From Octopus sinensis (taxonomy: Eukaryota), in contig NW_021833077.1 of NCBI RefSeq assembly GCF_006345805.1, forward strand, positions 1-64,000: a stretch of 64,000 nucleotides of DNA. The letters are read 5' to 3'. A program made the position numbers and the translations under genes. Position 1 is the stretch's first letter; each line of letters begins with the position of its first letter. A model generated the notes under the pieces. The model made no database searches. It had not been told where the DNA came from and worked only from the letters and a program-made list of their open reading frames with translations. Positions 10,963 through 24,539 of the stretch are shown piece by piece.

Positions 10963-12251
10963 GAGGGGCGTTCAATAAGTAATGCCTCTGGCCCACTTGC
11001 AGTTTTTTGATCTAGCTGAAATTTTGCATGTCCAATTATTGATATCTCTATAGATTAAGTGGCAAATTACAGCTCTGAACTAATTGTGGTTTCTGATTTA
11101 CAGGTGTTTGAACTGAGTCAAGTGTGAAATGGAGCCTGTTGAGTGTCGAACAGCGATCCGGTTTTTGTATTTGAAAGGACGCACACCACGGGAGACTTTT
11201 GATGAAATGAAAGTAACTTATGGTGATGATGCCCCATCATATGACCTTGTAAAATGCTGGCATCGTGAATTCAAACATGGTCGGAACTCTGTGGAACAGC
11301 TCCCAGATCTGGTCGCCCCACTTCTGCTGCATTGATGAGGTATCTGTCCGTCAAGTTGAGGCTGCCATTTTGGAAGATCGACGTATAACTATTCGCCAAA
11401 TAGTCCATGAGGTCAAGATTAGTACGGGTCTGTGGAAACTATCATTCATGACCATTTGCATATGCAAAAGTGTCTGCCAATGGATTCCCGGGTTGCTCAC
11501 ACCTTTCCAGAAGCAAGAACGCGTCGAGTGCTCGAGGATGAATTTGGAGATGTGCCAAGAAGATGAGTCAAACTTTTTCAAAAGACTGATTACACAGGAT
11601 GAAACCTGGGCCCATCACTATGATCCAGAGACCAAAGCCCAGTCAATGCAGTGGAAGCACCGTGACTCACCTCCTCCAAAGAAGGCAAGTGTGCAGCCCT
11701 CCAATGGCAAGATCATGCTCACAATCTTCTGGGCCCAGGACGGAGTAATGATGACAGATTTCCTGGCAAAGGGTACCACAATTATAGGAGCCTATTATGC
11801 TTCGCTTTTGAGGAAATTAAGAGAAGCTATCAAAATCAAGAGGCGGGGCAAGATCAGCAAAGGCATCCTCCTCCTGCAGGACAACGCTCCGGTCAACAAC
11901 TCGCGTGTCGCCAGATCAGAAGCACAGGCGTGCGGCTATGAACTCCTCCCCCATCCCCCTACTCTCCCGACCTTGCACCCTCTGATTTTCATCTCTTCCC
12001 AGCCATGAAGTTGTTTTTGAAAGGAAAGCGTTTCCCAGATGATGCAGCCTTGATTGCTGAAGTTACGTCGTGGTTGGAGGACCACGCTGGGGTCTTCTAC
12101 AAAAACGGTCTCCAGAGCTGCATCAAACGATGGGAGAAAGGCGTAAATTTGGGTGGTTCCTATGTAGAAAAAGACTAATAACTGCGCCAAGTTTCGTTGC
12201 TCTACTGCTATGGGAAGTGGGTCAGGGGCATTACTTATTGAACGTCCCTCG
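10962..12251 (+). mobile_element. Full-length mariner (DD34D) DNA transposon
   Basis: About 37-bp TIRs cgagg(g/a)cgttcaataagtaatgcc, TA on both sides, 1290 bp, internal transposase. Confidence 0.95.
11129..12178 (+). pseudogene. Frameshifted mariner transposase
   Basis: MEPVECRTAIRFL..., WIP, TQDETW, HYDPETK, DNAP, PHPP-YSPDLAPSDF, RWEK..GGSYVEKD*. Split over several frames. Confidence 0.92.
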
Positions 12252-12281
12252 TATATATATATATAGGCACACGCACAAATT

Positions 12282-12473
12282 ATCATAATTATAATTAGGG
12301 TTTAGCAAAATTGCTTCACCACATACAGAAATCGCTAAACCCTAATTATAATTATGTTTATAATTACAATAAATTTTTATAAGTTTACCGATAATGGTTC
12401 TTTTAACATACCGAACTACTTGGTAAGATTATTACTTAAATTGATTAATTAATTTTACCATTGATTATTATTG

Positions 12474-12474
<1 letters not shown>
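12282..12474. mobile_element. Fragment of the X/R family with a local inverted repeat
   Basis: agggtttagcaaaattgcttcaccacatac (R-like) and acataccgaactacttggt...attaattaattttacc (X'-like). The two cataattataattagggtttagc arms flank a spacer of about 27 nt. Confidence 0.55.
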
Positions 12475-12515
<41 letters not shown>

Positions 12516-12558
12516 TATATATATATATATTATATATATATATATATATATTATATAT

Positions 12559-12595
<37 letters not shown>

Positions 12596-12836
12596 CATAA
12601 TATATATACATATATACATATACAGTAGAAGTAACAGTGTAACTCAAGGCCCAAGAGTTTCGTGCGTTGGCACTTACCAAACTAGTTACAGGTCGAAGGC
12701 TTGTGAGTTCATATAGTTGATGATAAATATATTTCTCCCGGGACTGTTCTAAGTGAAATTATAAAATCCTAAATATGGATAATTCCAAAAAGGTTTACCC
12801 GTTATGCCGTTCATATGTATGTATGTATGTATGTAT

Positions 12837-13185
12837 TCTTTTACTTGTTTCAGTCATTTGACTGCGGCCATGCTGGAGCACCACCTTTAGTCGACAAATC
12901 GACCAGGGACTCATTCTTTGTAAGCCCAGTACTTATTCTATCGGTCTATTTTGCCGAACCGCTAAGTGACGGGGAGGTAAACACACACACATACACACAA
13001 ACATATATATATATACATATATACGACAGGCTTCTTTCAGTTTCCGTCTACCAAATCCACTCACAAGGCATTGGTCGGTCAGGGGCTATAGTAGAAGACA
13101 CTTGCCCAAGATGCCACGCAGTGGGACTGAACCCGAAACCATGTGGTTGGTTAGCAAGCTACTTACCACACAGCCACTCCTGCGC
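12837..13185 (-). mobile_element. SINE family A
   Basis: Near full-length match to family A. Confidence 0.9.
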
Positions 13186-13194
13186 TATGTATGT

Positions 13195-13275
<81 letters not shown>

Positions 13276-13609
13276 TATTAAATATACTTACATAAATATA
13301 CTTACATACATGTGTGTGTGTGTTAGTTTGTTTACGTCTCTGTAACTTAGCTGTTGGACTTGTAAAAACAAAAGTAATAGGGTAGATTTGATCAACTAAG
13401 AATTCTTCAAGGCGGTGCCCCAGCCTGGCCGCGGTCGAATGATTGGAATAACTAAAATATAAACGATAAAGAAAATAAAAACAAAAAATTGTAAAGCATA
13501 CAAATATAAAAGATACATCGGAAAGAACAACAACTATAACAACAAAATACATTAGTGTTAAGTGATGAGGAATATTTATTTCGCCTTCAATATTTTCAGT
13601 TAGCGAGAG

Positions 13610-13798
13610 AGAAAAGATAACAAAGGAAGGAAGGAAGGAAGGAAGGAAGGAAGAAAGGAAGGAAGAAGAAAACAGAGAAAGAAAGGCAGAAACAGAAAAA
13701 TTAAAAGAAGAAAGAAACAGAAAAATAAAAAGGAAGAAAGAAAGATTGAAAAGAAAGAAATCGAGAAAGAAAGGAAGAAAGAAACAGAGAAAGGATAC

Positions 13799-13834
<36 letters not shown>

Positions 13835-14128
13835 AAAAAGAAAGAAAGAAATTAGAAAGAACGAAAGAAACATGGAAAGAATAAAAGGAAGGAAGGAGTG
13901 AAGGAAGGAAGGAAGACAGAAAGAAACAGAAAAAGAAAAGAAGAAACAGAAAAAGTAAAAGGAAGGAAAGAAACAAGAAAGGAAGAAAGAAAGTAAGAAT
14001 GAAAGAAAAAAGAAAGAAAGAAAGAAAGAAAGGAAGGAAGGAAAGAAAGGAAGATAGAAAGACGGAAAGAAAGAATGAATGAATGAATGAATGAATGAGT
14101 GAATGAGAGAAAAAAGAAAGAAAGAAAG
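13610..14128. repeat. (GAAA/GGAA/GAAT)n purine-rich satellite
   Basis: Visible low-complexity run. Confidence 0.95.
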
Positions 14129-14336
14129 CTTTGAAATAATATCGCTAGTGTCATTCTTGAATGTTATTGATTTGGTATTTATTTAATGAATATTACCGGA
14201 AACGGAATGGTTTTCGTATGAGCGATGAATATATTTGCATTTCATTAGGGCATCTATTTAAATGGCTTTTATTGGTGGAGTACACCTACGTTGCTCCAAA
14301 TAGATGTTCATAGATGTAAGCAGTTAGGTGTGTGTA

Positions 14337-14371
<35 letters not shown>

Positions 14372-14767
14372 GTGTGTGTGTGTGTGTTTTATTTCTGTTG
14401 GTTCACGAACAAAAGTGGTCCGAGGAAAACATTGTAACGTCAACCGAATACCGGATGCAAGAATTGATCTGTGAATCTGATATTGTCCCCGCATACACGC
14501 GCGCACGCACACACAACATAATATCTATATATATATATATCTATATATATATATAATACGCACGCACACCGCACACACTCGCATTCACATTCTCCCCCCT
14601 CTCTCCCTATCATACAGGGAGGAAGGGCGACAAAGGTAAAAAGAAAGAAAGACAAGTTGCGAGAGAGAGAGAGAGAGAGAGGGGTGGGGCTGAAGGGAGA
14701 GAGAAAAATGGAATCTTTCTAAAGGACTGCGACAAATGGAGGCAAATTAATTTAGTTAAGAGGTCAT

Positions 14768-14768
<1 letters not shown>

Positions 14769-14810
<42 letters not shown>

Positions 14811-14811
14811 C

Positions 14812-14854
<43 letters not shown>

Positions 14855-14855
14855 C

Positions 14856-14898
<43 letters not shown>

Positions 14899-14899
14899 C

Positions 14900-14937
<38 letters not shown>
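14769..14937. repeat. (TATC)n microsatellite
   Basis: Left flank of the Tx1-like LINE. Confidence 0.95.
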
Positions 14938-16658
14938 CCCGCGAGAACTGGGATGCGAGACGAGCGTGTCTGCATACGCGGACGACGTCACCGTCATAGT
15001 GTCTAGCCACGAGCATATCGAGCTGGTCGCGAGACACTGAAAAACTACGAAGCGGTGACAGGAGCGAAAATCACCGGGGAAAAGTCAGTGGGCTTGCGAC
15101 TAGGCACCTGGAGAAGCAAGCCCATGCCGTCCACCACCGCGCCTCCGTCGTGGGACGCTGGACCGACGGCCCGGTTGAGTTGCTCGGGGTCTGGTTTGGT
15201 CCGGACCTCCAGTGGAGAAGAACTGGAACGAGATAACGAGTAGGGTGGTCACTCTCGCCCGGCCAATGGGCCGAGAGGAAACTGTCCCTAAAAGGTCGAG
15301 CGGAGGTGGCGAACACGTACATCGCGTCCGTCATCTACTACCGCCTGACCGTCGTACCTTGTTCCCGACCTACCATCACCAAACTACAACGCATCCTCTT
15401 TCGCTTCTTGTGGAAAGGATGCGTCCCGATGGTCAGGCGATCCATTTGCTGTCAACACCCGTTAAAAGAGGGCTGGGCATGCCGTGGTTGATGATGCGCA
15501 GACACGCGCTGAGACTGCGCATCTCTGGCTCTATGTAGACGACGGGAACAGGTGTGGTTCCGCCGTTTGTGAGGCACGCTTTCCCGCAGCTCGTCTCCAT
15601 GACCGAACGGCAGTCCGTGGATCAAAAAGAGGCCGAGGAAGGGCGAATGGCACCGCGATGTCGCGTTGCTCTCAGCAACTCTGCCGTCCTGGGTCGACCT
15701 TAAGTGACTTCAACACAACCAAAGCATTCTATAGGGTTTAGTGGAGGGGAGGTACGACGACGAGCTCGGGGCGAACCTGGACGTCGACGAGGAGTACCTG
15801 ACCCGCCTGTTCGGGACGACTTTCGGGCCAGGGCCCATGGACAACTTCAGAGATCCCGGCCTGGCAGTGCTACCGAGAACGCTAACCCGTTCGGATAAGC
15901 TCTACACAGACACGGCTCGAGAAACACGGGGCCGACCTCCCGAGATGCGGTCAGAGCGACGAAACCGTTCTGCACGCACTCGTTCAGTGTCCAACAATTT
16001 CCGACCTCTGGGCTTATGTCGAACAACTGCTGTCACGTGTGGGACGAGTCGGTTTATCAGCTGAGTCTATCGTCATATTGTCACGCCTCCTCCTTCCTTC
16101 AAACGGGAAGGAAGAGCTATTTTCATCATCCTTGTGGCTATGGCGAAAGAATGTATCGGTGACGCGTCTGAAAGGATTGGAGACAAACACTTTCCTCTCT
16201 CTGGTCAATCTCTCATCAACTTCTTCAAGTACCACTTGAAAGGAAAGTGAGAGTAGAGCAAGTTTTGTCTAGCGAATGTTTTAAAAAAAGATGGGTGAAT
16301 GTAGCAAGAATGGCACGTATGAAGCGAAGCCACCTTGAGCATAGTCCTATGAACCCAGAAATCGAAACAGAGAGTTGCTTATTTTGCAAAAAAAAAAAAA
16401 AAAAAAGAAATATAAAATGTGACTTCATTGACCGAGGTTACCGTGGTCTTTTCCGTAGGCTTTTCTTCCACGGGTAAACCTCACCTGTCCTCCCCTTTAC
16501 ACTTCATATTGACATTTCTGTGATAACGATCCCTATTGATCATTTTTTTTTTCCTCTCCTCCCCCTTTTTTTTTTTTTTTTTTTTTTTTTAAACCCCCCC
16601 TCCTTTTTTGTTCTCCTCTTTCTCTCCTTTCACGATCCCTTTGATCGAAACTCCCTTT

Positions 16659-16695
<37 letters not shown>

Positions 16696-16765
16696 CTTCA
16701 AAGAAAAGCTCTACCTTGTAATTTGTTCTATCTGTGTGCAGCCCTGTGTGGCTAATAAAGAAACA
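14938..16765 (+). mobile_element. 5'-truncated L1/Tx1-clade LINE (RT thumb, C-terminal zinc knuckle, 3' UTR)
   Basis: YADD at 14975-14986; TGAKITGEKSVGL; FRFLWKG..VRR..PLK-GLGMP; PRCGQSDETVLHALVQCP near 15940-15992; AATAAA 16754-16759. Frameshifted and GC-rich. Confidence 0.85.
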
Positions 16766-16777
16766 TATCTACCTATC

Positions 16778-16828
<51 letters not shown>

Positions 16829-16829
16829 C

Positions 16830-16863
<34 letters not shown>

Positions 16864-16864
16864 C

Positions 16865-16920
<56 letters not shown>

Positions 16921-16921
16921 G
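16766..16921. repeat. (TATC)n microsatellite
   Basis: Right flank of the Tx1-like LINE, same strand as the left tract. Confidence 0.95.
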
Positions 16922-17665
16922 CTAGCTGTCTGTCTGTCTGACTGTCTGTCTGTTGGTCTGTCTGACTGTCTGTCTGTCTATCTGCCTACGCTATTTTCTT
17001 TCGAAAATTTTCTCTCTCTTCTTCTTTATACATATGTGTGTGTTTGTGTGTGCGTGCTTGTGTGTGTATGCACGCGTGTGTGTGTGTGTATGAGCGAGTG
17101 TCTGCGTGTGTGTGTGTTGGTGAGAGAGAGAGAGAGTGGTGTGTCTGTGAGTTGGGACACAGAAACATACACACACATAAGGGTGAAATTTGGTCAGGTA
17201 TTAAATTAATAAAAATGATGGAATTTGCAGGTCAATTTTTTTTAAGCGGACCCATAGAATGAATAATAGGAAGCGTGTTGCTATAGCTATCTTTGAAAAC
17301 CGAGGAAAGAATGTACAATGAAATCAGCAACTTCAGGGGAACGTCTAAGTTGGTAACATTGACTCAAGTGCTCAAGTAGTACTTATTTTATCGGCCCCAA
17401 AAGGATAGAAGGAAAAGACAATCCTGGTGGCATTTGAACACCGAATGTCGGCAGGAACGCCGCTGAGCATTTTACCCGGCGTTAAATTGAACAAAGTAGG
17501 ACCAATGGAGAAGAGAGAGCGACTTTTCTACGAACTGGTTCTGTCTGTAATGAAAGACGTGGACATGTTAGAGAACAAAGTGAATGCAGAGAGTGAAAAT
17601 GGTTAATATAAAATCATTATGTCTCCTCGTGTAGCAGAACAAGGACTCTATGTCTCAAAGATCTT

Positions 17666-18087
17666 AGGGCGGTGAGCTCACAGAAACGTTAGCACGCCGG
17701 GCGAAATGCTTAGCAGTATTTCGTCTGCCGCTACGTTCTGAGTTCAAATTCCGCCGAGGTCGACTTTGCCTTTCATCCTTTCGGGATCGATAAAAATAAG
17801 TACCAGTTACGCACTGCGGTCGATATAATCGACTTAATCCATTTGTCTATCCTTGTTTGTCCTCTCTGTGTGTAGCTCCTTGTGGGTAGTAAAGAAATAG
17901 GAATTTCGTCTGCCGCTACGTTCTGAGTTCAAATTCCGCCGAGGTCGACTTTGCCTTTCATTCTTTCGGGGTCGATAAATTAAGTACCAATTACGCACTG
18001 GGGTCGATGTAATCGACTTAATTCGTTTGTCTGTCCTTGTTTGTCCCCTCTATGTTTTTTTAGCCCCTTGTGGGTAATAAAGAAACA
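17666..18087 (+). mobile_element. SINE family B dimer
   Basis: Head plus two body units; 17-bp TSD tatgtctcaaagatctt at 17649-17665 and 18088-18104. Confidence 0.9.
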
Positions 18088-18489
18088 TATGTCTCAAAGA
18101 TCTTTGTGAATAAACCTCTGAAAGTTAATTTGCATAAAGTGAGCTAACATTTTAAGGTTTTGCATGATTCACTTGATGTTGATACACGTTCCTCTGGTTT
18201 CATTTTCAATGCCTGCAGGGGAAAATACATATAAATTGAGACGTTTTTTTTTTCTTGAAATGGTTTCTGATTTTATGTCGACGGTATATATAGGAGGTCG
18301 GGACACAATGAATAATAGTTACCGCATTTTTTACTTTGAGAAGAAACATTTGCTTACAAATGTTCATTAACTTACAAAAAACTGAATCAGTTAAGCAAAT
18401 GACCTCCTCTAAATGCATTTAAAGCATTATAACATATTCAGAACACTGTTTCAGAAAATCACCTCCGCTTCCTTAGAGTATTCTACGGC

Positions 18490-18880
18490 ATCCAACTGCC
18501 TCAAAAGACCTTTGGATCTGCGCCCGGAGATTTTGTCTCAGCTGCTGATAGCGGTGTAACGTCTACTGTAGCTGTACAGGCTCACACTGAAGTGGCAGTC
18601 TTGTAAGTAGCGAATGCATTTGAAGATGCTCTCCACTGGAACTACTGCATTTTCTTTCAAACGCACTTTTCCTTCAGTTTCTCTTCCCCTCGTTCCATCT
18701 CCTGGCGTTGTATTCTTCATCAGTGTGAGCGATCATCTCAGGACGTCCAAATTTATTAATTTTTATATCTCTCTTCCAGACGTCCTTGAGGTAAAGATTA
18801 GGTCGTCCTCGTGCTCTTGTGGTCAGTAAAGATGCGAGACGGCCGCTAATGACCTTTGGGCATATAAAAACCAAACTTAG
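18490..18880 (-). mobile_element. Degenerate RTE-clade LINE 3' end
   Basis: Minus frames read RARGRPNLYLKDVWKRD and QDCHFSVSLYSYSRR, homologous to the RTE at 28543. Confidence 0.65.
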
Positions 18881-19684
18881 CTGGTGCAAAATGAGTAAGA
18901 CACAGTATGGTAAATTTGTCTCTTCAATTCTCCAGATTTACACTTGCAGAGGAAAACTCATATATTTCAATATGCATGCTTAGACATCAGAAAGGTAAGA
19001 AATGCAACAAAAATTTAAAATATCCAAAGTCAAATGGAAGAGGATTCTGGGAAAATGGCACATGATGTGAAATAAACAAAACTCGACTAAATGTAAAACC
19101 TCAACATCAAATATTCCCTATGGCTTCATTACGATCTATCGGAGCAGTTCTCTTAATATATTTACTCACCATTCTGATCAAATGAAAAAATTAATGAATT
19201 TAGTCATTACTCATTTTGCCCCAATTTATTTAATTTAATTTTTTTTTTTTTTTGCAAATTTAATATTATCAAATTAGACATTTTATGTAGGAAAAAATTG
19301 ACTTGCAATCCAACGGAATAAATTATTTTGATTGTCAAATGCAAAAAATATCCAGATATTTTATTGGCAACTTCAATTATAATTGGGTGAAATTTGAGAA
19401 AAAATTCTTGTAAGAAAACTATCAGCTGACCATGTTTCAAACCGTCTCAACTTCCACAACTATGCTGACCAATTCTTACTCTCAAAGATGATGCAATACT
19501 TGCAATGTAATAGTTTCTAACGACTGGGAAGTAAATAACGAGTAATCAGAAATACACATTTTGCCCCACTGACCGGAAGAGTATAACCGCGAATACAAGC
19601 GACAAAAAGTAGGGTTGATCTGATGAATCGCTGGAGTAGCGTTACTCGATAAGGTGCCTGGCTCGGACAGCAGAAAAAAAAACT

Positions 19685-19965
19685 TTTCTGTGAATTTGGT
19701 TGACGGAATTTGTGTTGAAGCTCGTCGTACATACACGTATGTGTGTATGTATGTGTGTATATGCCTTTGTGTTTGCGCCCAGTACAGCTTAATAACCGGT
19801 GCTGGTATATTTACGTCCCCGTAACTTAGCGGTTCGGCAAAGAGGCATATAGAATAAGTGCCAGACTTAAAGATGCACACCTGGGTCCCTTTGTTCGACT
19901 AAACCTTCAAAGAAGTGCCCCAGCATGGCTGCAGTCCAATGACTGAGACAAGTAAAAAGTAAAAG
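19685..19965 (+). mobile_element. SINE family A, partial and diverged
   Basis: Body and tail segments (cccgtaacttagcggttcggcaaa). Confidence 0.75.
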
Positions 19966-20313
19966 TAAAAATTTAGAAGTTAAATACATAGGTTTCAAAT
20001 TTTGGCTCAAGTTCGGTAATTTCATTGGAGTGACTAAGTCGATTATATCAACCTCAGTGTTCAAGTGCTACTTACATTGACGACCACGGGAGGATGAAAG
20101 GTAAAGTAAACTCCAGCGGCATTTGAATCACAGTTGTAAAGTCGAAAGAGATGCCGCTAAGCATTTTACTCGGCACGGTAATGAATCTGCGTGTTTGCTG
20201 CCTTATCTCCTAATATAATGATGCGCGTGGTGTTTATTTATATATATGTTATGTATGTATGTATGTATGTATGTATGTATGTATGTATGTATGTATGTAT
20301 ATATGTATGTATG

Positions 20314-20400
<87 letters not shown>

Positions 20401-20406
<6 letters not shown>

Positions 20407-21136
20407 AAAGGGCTTAGTAAAATAAATTACTTGGCCGCATACTGAACTCATTAGAAAAGCAGCTAAAAAACTTTTTTTAAAGCTATTTCTAATACTGTAA
20501 AAAATCTCTCTCATAATAGTGTTTGCTTAATTCACTCACAAAGTTTGGGGGTAAGACATCGAAAATCAAATGCTAAGGTTATTCGGAACGTACGTTTCAA
20601 GATTAGTCAAAACAACATTTCTATCATCGGCTCAGAAATTCCTTGGTTTGGATTTGGAAACACTGAAAATAAGAACATACCCTTCGAAGAACTGCTCCCA
20701 ACTAACAGTGCCAGCAATTCAAATAAGCAAGCGAAGATCTCTGTGTTCTCCCCTTTCCCACCAGCGTGGTTAAAATCATCAAACACTATGCTTATTTCGG
20801 TAAAATCCGAAGCATTAATCAGAGGAGATTTAATTATAATTTAACAATGAGGCAAAATTAATTAATTATTAATCAATTTCACCAAGTGTTCAGTATGCAA
20901 AGGGACCATTCAAGGCGAATTCAATTATTACATTATATAAAAGGGCTTAGTAAAATAAATTACTTTGCCGCATACTGAACTCATTAGAAATAGCAGCTAA
21001 AAAACTTTTTAAAGCTATTTCTAATACTTAAAGAAAATCTCTCTCATATAGTGTTTGCTTAATTCAACTCACAAAAAGTTGCATACTGAACACTTGTGAA
21101 TTGATTAATAATTAATTAATTTTGCCCTCAATTGTT
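20401..21136 (-). mobile_element. X/R family element (second locus)
   Basis: Direct repeats R 20401-20545 and 20934-21080; inverted X arms 20843-20900 and 21079-21136; degenerate hammerhead between them; (TA)n flanks. Confidence 0.6.
20581..20636 (-). ncRNA. Degenerate hammerhead-like motif
   Basis: Minus strand: CCGAUGA...aga/tct...GAAAC-GUAC-GUU. Stem I poorly paired. Confidence 0.35.
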
Positions 21137-21179
21137 TGAAATTATATATATATTATAATTATATATTATATTATATAAT

Positions 21180-21360
21180 AAACATCACGCTTACCTTGTT
21201 CTTTCTGGTGTCGTTTCTGTGGAAGAGCGTAGGCTCGAAACATTCAAGACCTTTTCACTTCCCGGGCGTTATATTAATACATCTGTTTGTTGTCTACACC
21301 ACCTGTATTCGTCTTTTGTTTTGTGAATTCTCTCTATGTGGTGTGTGTGGTGTGTGTGTG
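21180..21360 (+). mobile_element. Repeat family G with a variant hammerhead-like motif (21213-21249)
   Basis: ctgtgga-a-gagc-gtag-gctc-gaaac; homologous to 63830-64000 on the minus strand. Confidence 0.5.
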
Positions 21361-22889
21361 TCTAGAATCACGCCGAACACGGAGGAGGAGAGAAAATAGT
21401 AATTCAATGAAGGAAAAGTAGTGAGAGTAATAGCCCTGACTGAGAGGGAGTGAGAGAAAGTAATAGCAATGTGAAAAAGAAGAGGTGATAGGTGAATAAG
21501 GAAGGAAGGGGTGAAAAATCAGTGTTTCAACTCTTTATGAGTATATGTGTGTATGTGTGTGCGTATACAAGGGAAGTATGTGAATGTTTGTATATATGAT
21601 TATTATATACCTTATTTTGTACCTTATTTATATATAAAATACCACAATTATCCGTCAGTATTGACGGCTCGTGGTCAGCTAGTAAGAAATAAAATATATT
21701 AGAAGTAAAGTAACTGTTGTGTCACATGCGTTATGGCGATTTTGGTGACAAATTTTTACAAATGTAAAATCTTAAATATTTATCTTGCTATTCATACAGC
21801 ACTACTACATCGTGAGTATGGTTGATGAGGATACATACCTAAACATAACTCGAATTATCTCCCTTGTCAGAAAAAAGAATTATACTAATCATTCACTTAA
21901 CCTGTGTTGTTTTCCTTTTCTCACTTTATACACGTCTTGTTAGCTTTTTAATGCTCTGTAAATTAATACAGAACAAATTAACAGTCTGTAGCTTATGCAC
22001 TAGATAACCTATATGTCAGTTTATATAAGAGGGAAGCGTGATAAAAGCGCCAGACTGGAAACTCTATGGTATTCTAGTCTTCCAGTACACTGACTATGTT
22101 GGTGATTTCAACAACTGTCGACACATGCTTTTCTGTCTCCGGGCTAGGTTGAACAGTAAGCGTTAGGTAGCTTTGGAAATATATCGACTGTTTTGCACTT
22201 TTCGCACGTAGCAAAAAGCAGACATACAGGAATTTATTGTGCTGAGACACTTGGCATTATATATTTATATGTCGATAACATAGACGTCCGCCATTATAAA
22301 TGTTTGTGTGTGTGTGTGTGTGAAAGAGTGAGTGTTTCAATGTATATTCACATATACATATATGTATTCATTATTGCTGCGTCTGTGAATGTGTGTGTGT
22401 CCGCGTGCATATGTATGAGTGTGTGTGTTAATGCTTGTGGGTATATTCACGCATACATATATGTAGGTATGTATTATGCCTGCGCCTGTGTGTATGTGTG
22501 TGTTTTTGAGTGTCTGTATGTGTCTGTGTCTGTCTGTGTCTGCCTGTGTGTGCCAGTAAAATTAATCTAGAATAAATGAAAAGAGTCTATAGGCTTACTT
22601 GAATTAATGAATAGAATACTTTATCGAGTTAGTGTTAAAACAGAAATATCCTGGGACGGGATATTCGTATACCCGTCTGACAAATATGTGTTTATTTAGT
22701 TAAAGCAGTTTAAGATCTGAGTTCAAATGTAACCTTGATTTTCTTTCATCATTCTGAGGTAGATAAAATTATATACCAGGCAAATATTTGAAAATATACT
22801 CTTTCAAGTCGTTTTATTTTTGATTTAGTAGACGAATTGTCCTTTGTCCATTTTTAGCCTTCAAAATTGGTAGGGAGAATGCAGTAAAA

Positions 22890-23195
22890 AAAACAGAGTT
22901 GCCGGGATGCTTCAGTCAGAAGCAGCATACCAAGATATTGAGCCATCCTCAGCGACGCAACAGTCCACATGCTTGCAAAAAAGTAGGCCCTCTAAACTTA
23001 CTCAATTCCCAATTTTTCTATCAACTCTGGCAGTTAAAATCTACGATCGATCCAAAGATGTGCATTCTGTCCTAATGATTTCAGCATTTGTTTCAGTCTT
23101 CAAGATTTTGCTCTCAAGACTCAGACCGACGCAATATGTAGGTAACATGCTTCAAAGTCCGCGCGATGTAATCGAAGCCACCACTTTCATGAATT
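22890..23195 (+). mobile_element. Possible degenerate Tc1/mariner (DD37D-like) transposase C-terminal fragment
   Basis: LQSPRDVIEATTF resembles the FRSRLEAVIEAxGGFIE end of such transposases. Weak. Confidence 0.25.
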
Positions 23196-23205
23196 ATATA
23201 TATAT

Positions 23206-23249
<44 letters not shown>

Positions 23250-24539
23250 GAAATGAGGTACTCACAGTTTTCAAGCAATTGGAATGAGGGCGCAAACGCA
23301 AAGAAATACACACATACATACATTCATACATATATATAATTTAAAATAGCAAGGGTGAAAAATGGAATATTAATTTGATTAATATCAATTTAAAACCAGT
23401 GGTCTAGCATTTAGAAAAATCTGAAGATTAAAAAAAAAAATTATTTTTACATACATATAAGGGAGATGACGACTAAATGGACATCCATTATGCTAGAAGT
23501 CGACCCCCTATAGTCTTACCACTAAGAAAGAAATGTTCTCAAGAAAATTTAGCAAACGCCATATATATATATATGAATATATGTTTATATGTCCTTATTT
23601 CTTTGTGTTTGTACCCTCAATCCAACTGCTTGACAGCTGTGAAGCAGCGGTTCAGCAAACGGGTCTAATAGAATAGACAGCAGACTTAAAAATGAAGTAC
23701 TGTGGGCCGATTTGTGTGACAAAACCCTTATATGCAATGCCCCAACATAGCAGCCGTCCAATGACTAAACAAGTAAACGATAAAAAAAATTATCGACAAA
23801 AGTTGTATATCATTTTATCCTTTTAATCCGAACCGTATTAGGATCTTCGAGGAATCGCCTCGTTAGTTTTCTTTTCATTTTCTGTATCATCCATTCTCTA
23901 TTTCATTCCTATATTCCGTTATTAACTTTCGTATTCTTATTCTACTGATTATAAAAAAAATATATTTTTTTCATTTCATCGTCTTTCTGAAACCCATTTT
24001 AATTTTCATATCGCATCTCGCGTACGAACATTTTCTTATATTCCTTCATAAATTTGAAATATTTTGAGGCTTTCGGTCTGCAGTCATGTGGTAGGATAAC
24101 TTCAAGTGATTTAGTCGCCTATATTGTATTACGAGCAAAGCGCCCATCGTCCAATGGACGGTGCTGAGTTGTCAAACATTTAAATCAAATTTTCTCAAGA
24201 CAACTTATCCGACCGTCCCATAGGCCTCCCCTTTGAGAAACACTGATTTAACCTGAATTTGAGACACCAGCAAAAGAAGAAATAAAGATACATTTTTTTC
24301 TATTCCAAAGGAAAACGATTTTATTCACACAAATATGCAACCGAAGAGTTTAAAGTACCAGTAATGATAAGGCTGTTGACTGGGAGAACACAAATATGGT
24401 TTAAACAGTAAGCTTGGCAGGAGAGAAACGTGCCTTTAAGCAGTGTAAAAACAGCAAAAAATGGAAAGTGCGGTTATGTACAGGTCGACGGAAGAAAAGC
24501 AGGACAAAAACGGCTTTATCGATCGCATTCTCATCTAGA

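Noticed and set aside
11129-12178. Active transposase or SETMAR-like fusion gene
   Set aside because: Multiple frameshifts, no SET domain, and it sits within TIRs.
14225-14280. Octamer (atttgcat) and homeodomain-like sites suggesting an enhancer
   Set aside because: Short AT-rich motifs are expected by chance; this cannot be supported without conservation data.
19620-19655. CUGAUGA followed by a short hairpin
   Set aside because: No GAAA or stem III follows.
22907-23287. 126-aa ORF as a host gene
   Set aside because: It ends in a microsatellite, has no recognisable host domain, and faintly resembles a decayed transposase end.
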